This document shows positions 44,807 to 45,150 of a DNA stretch of 45,150 nucleotides, piece after piece. The notes below the pieces were generated by a model that saw only the letters and a program-made list of their open reading frames with translations, was not told the origin of the DNA and made no database searches. This DNA is from a virus: UHGV virus genome UHGV-0177523. One strand, written 5' to 3'. The position numbers were made by a program, and so were the translations under genes. The stretch's first letter is position 1, and every line of letters begins with the position of its first letter.

Positions 44807-44826
44807 TAATAGTGGCGAGTATAGAA
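44807..44826 (+). promoter_or_regulatory. Phage RNAP promoter for the tailspike module
   Basis: Consensus TAATAGTGGCGAGTATAGAA. Confidence 0.9.
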
Positions 44827-44856
44827 GGGTAATATCTTTTGGATAAGGAGTGTACA

Positions 44857-45030
44857 GTGTTAACTAAGTTGACCAGCGCCCTTGTTCGCCAATTATCGGG
44901 AACGACGGCACAACGCCCAACTACAGGAACTTCTCCTGGCGACACTTACTTTGACACCACACTTAATAAACCAGTGTGGAGAAATGCAAGTAACACAGGT
45001 TGGGTTGACGCAACAGGTAATGCGGCGTAA
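44857..45030 (+). CDS. 57-aa mini tailspike-like protein
   Basis: GTG start after AAGGAG; MLTKLT N-terminus plus GTTAQRP...YFDTTLNKPVW...GWVDATG, a motif found at tailspike C-termini. Confidence 0.7.
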   Translation: MLTKLTSALVRQLSGTTAQRPTTGTSPGDTYFDTTLNKPVWRNASNTGWVDATGNAA

Positions 45031-45099
45031 GCCGCACTTTTACGCACTTTTCTTACTTCTAGGTATTCATGTTGGATGCCTATAATTAAGGGAGGTTAC

Positions 45100-45150
45100 A
45101 TGGCTTTAACTACAGCTACAAGGACAGGGAACGGCACAGCCTATCCCTAT
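45100..45150 (+). CDS. 5' end of the tailspike gene (MALTTATRTGNGTAYPY), continuing at base 1
   Basis: RBS GGAGG; 17 whole codons that join frame 1 at base 1 without a stop. Confidence 0.85.
   Translation, partial: MALTTATRTGNGTAYPY

Overview
The window looks like a complete, circularly permuted 45,150-bp genome of a lytic SP6/K1-5-like podophage (Autographiviridae, Molineuxvirinae-like), probably infecting an Enterobacterales host. All real genes lie on the + strand. The true left end is probably near 2412, and the tailspike gene is split across the window ends (45100-45150 joins 1-2124 in frame, 724 aa). Gene order is: terminal repeat region; sigma70 early promoters with boxA; ocr; SP6-type RNA polymerase; origin; primase/helicase; DNA polymerase A; nucleases; ligase; portal, scaffold and capsid; tail tube; internal virion proteins; adaptor; holin; terminase; four paralogous decoration-like genes; M15 endolysin; spanins; mini-tailspike; tailspike. 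Twelve copies of a phage promoter TAATAGTGGCGAGTATAGAA were found. The most unusual signals are: (1) a co-oriented, helically phased array of DnaA boxes inside the presumed terminal repeat; (2) seven copies of an 18-bp palindrome TGTCCAAC-NN-GTTGGACA, together with an early DUF3102-like/J-domain-like protein as a candidate binder; (3) a roughly 315-nt highly structured non-coding early leader; and (4) 78-bp promoter-hairpin-RBS cassette repeats that flank accessory genes. Family assignments come from motif recognition by eye; no searches were run.
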